From assembly GCA_008932965.1 (NCBI GenBank), contig WBXG01000035.1:1-17759 (forward strand): a stretch of DNA of 17,759 nt, given 5' to 3'. A model generated the notes under the pieces. That model saw only the letters and a program-made list of their open reading frames with translations, was not told the origin of the DNA and did not search any database. A program made the position numbers and the translations under genes. The stretch is from Verrucomicrobiota bacterium (GTDB lineage: Bacteria > Verrucomicrobiota > Verrucomicrobiia > Chthoniobacterales > UBA6821). This document shows, piece after piece, positions 16,997 through 17,759 of this stretch (position 1 is its first letter; the number at the start of each line of letters is the position of its first letter).

Positions 16997-17532
16997 GTGA
17001 GGGAGATTTTCAACGTCTGCTTGCGTGAAAAGCGGTCGATAAAATGAAGCTCTCCATGGCTCATCGCGTATTCATGCACGAGTTTGGTAACCTTGACATC
17101 AAAGCAGCAGTACTGGGCAATCTCCATGAGTTTGCCTTCACGCCACCAGCGGATGGCATCAAGACCATCCCCTGTTTTGCCAACACCTAGCGTGGCTGTA
17201 GCAATGGAATCGAGTGAGAGACGATGGCCCGCCGCCCGTTCTACCACCTCTAGAAGATCCAAGGTGGGGAGATGATGTGCTAAATCAAGAATGGTGTATC
17301 CCATGAGTACTTCATAATCAAAGCGACGGTTGTTATAGCCTACTACAAGATCAGCCTTCGAGAGTGTTTCAATGAGCTCAGGAACTCGGTTTTCACTAAA
17401 AATTTCATAAGTCTCGGTCGCCGTACTGTAGGTGACTCCTAGAGAAATCTTCATATCTGCCTTGCGGTCCCAGCCGCCCACATCATTAGCAGTAAGTTGA
17501 GTTTCGAGGTCGAAGTAGACGATGTTTTTCAT
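16993..17532 (-). CDS. Stand-alone 3'-5' exonuclease, DEDDy / RNase H-like fold (PolB-exonuclease-related)
   Basis: 179 aa with Exo I YFDLET, Exo II VVGYNNRRFD and Exo III YCCFDVKVT (Y-x3-D), plus G.GKTGDGLDAI.WW between II and III, as in COG3298/PF10108-like proteins as I recall them. Its stop codon lies in the terminal TTAA of the repeat. Confidence 0.75.
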   Translation of the reverse strand: MKNIVYFDLETQLTANDVGGWDRKADMKISLGVTYSTATETYEIFSENRVPELIETLSKADLVVGYNNRRFDYEVLMGYTILDLAHHLPTLDLLEVVERAAGHRLSLDSIATATLGVGKTGDGLDAIRWWREGKLMEIAQYCCFDVKVTKLVHEYAMSHGELHFIDRFSRKQTLKISLT

Positions 17533-17607
17533 GAAAGAAAGGATTAGGAGTTGAGCAATGGAGGAAATTGAGGAATGTTAGAAATTTACTTGGGAGCTTT
17601 TATCTCA

Positions 17608-17631
17608 AGATGAAATGGGAATCCGGGCTAA
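17608..17631 (-). repeat. Possible solo, degenerate TIR arm abutting the next element head-to-head
   Basis: AGATGAAATGGGAATCCGGGCTA resembles the right arm GTATGAAATATGCGGGTTA. Together with the following arm it forms the palindrome ATCCGGG-CTAA-CCCGGAT (17621-17638). Confidence 0.4.
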
Positions 17632-17759
17632 CCCGGATATTTCACACTAAATCTATTACGGCTTGTGGAAAGCTCATCATTACTGCGTTGGTCTCGAATT
17701 GTGATTTGGGCAGTATGAAACATACAGCCCGGCATCCCAATCCTTCGCCCGCCTTGTAC
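17629..17759 (+). repeat. Second copy of the long TIR repeat element (cut by the window end)
   Basis: Positions 17629-17759 align to 16816-16942 in direct orientation, with 3 substitutions and one 4-nt insertion (ATAC) over 127 aligned positions. Confidence 0.9.

Noticed and set aside
16059-17532. The nucleotidyltransferase plus exonuclease pair as a CBASS-like signalling and effector system.
   Set aside because: The transferase has the GxGtRL sugar-1-phosphate nucleotidyltransferase N-terminus, not a CD-NTase/Pol-beta fold. The two genes are convergent and separated by a repeat element, so they are not an operon.
9534-17759. The repeated sequences as a CRISPR array.
   Set aside because: The copies are kilobases apart, vary in length and orientation, are separated by genes rather than short uniform spacers, and have no cas genes nearby.

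Overview
This window looks like a chromosomal, mostly housekeeping segment of a moderately AT-rich Gram-negative bacterium. An LPS heptosyltransferase is present and most start codons lack a Shine-Dalgarno sequence. I cannot assign a taxon from sequence alone. I call 22 protein genes and one tRNA: tmk (5' truncated), holB, proB, an ABC-2-like permease, a TPR-like membrane protein, a GT9 heptosyltransferase, thiH, thiS, a 4-TM protein, feoB, two feoA genes, tRNA-Thr(CGU), gmd, fcl, rpiB, mdh, hup, dcd, rlmN, a sugar-phosphate nucleotidyltransferase and a small stand-alone DEDDy (PolB-exo-like) exonuclease. I see no CRISPR array, transposase, prophage, toxin-antitoxin pair or recognisable defence operon. 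The one thing ordinary gene annotation does not explain is a dense family of intergenic repeats with about 21-nt terminal inverted repeats (TTAACCCGCATATTTCAYAC ... GTATGAAATATGCGGGTTAA). It occurs at five to seven loci within 8 kb, as a 65-bp hairpin form, half-copies and a 182-bp full-length form. Two nearly identical direct copies bracket the exonuclease gene, with 3 substitutions and one 4-nt indel over 127 aligned nt. Element termini supply the stop codons of mdh and of the exonuclease gene. The likeliest explanation is a MITE/REP-like family. An attC-like (integron cassette or CALIN) explanation for the exonuclease unit cannot be excluded, because the window ends inside the second copy. 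All other findings are modest operon-architecture observations.
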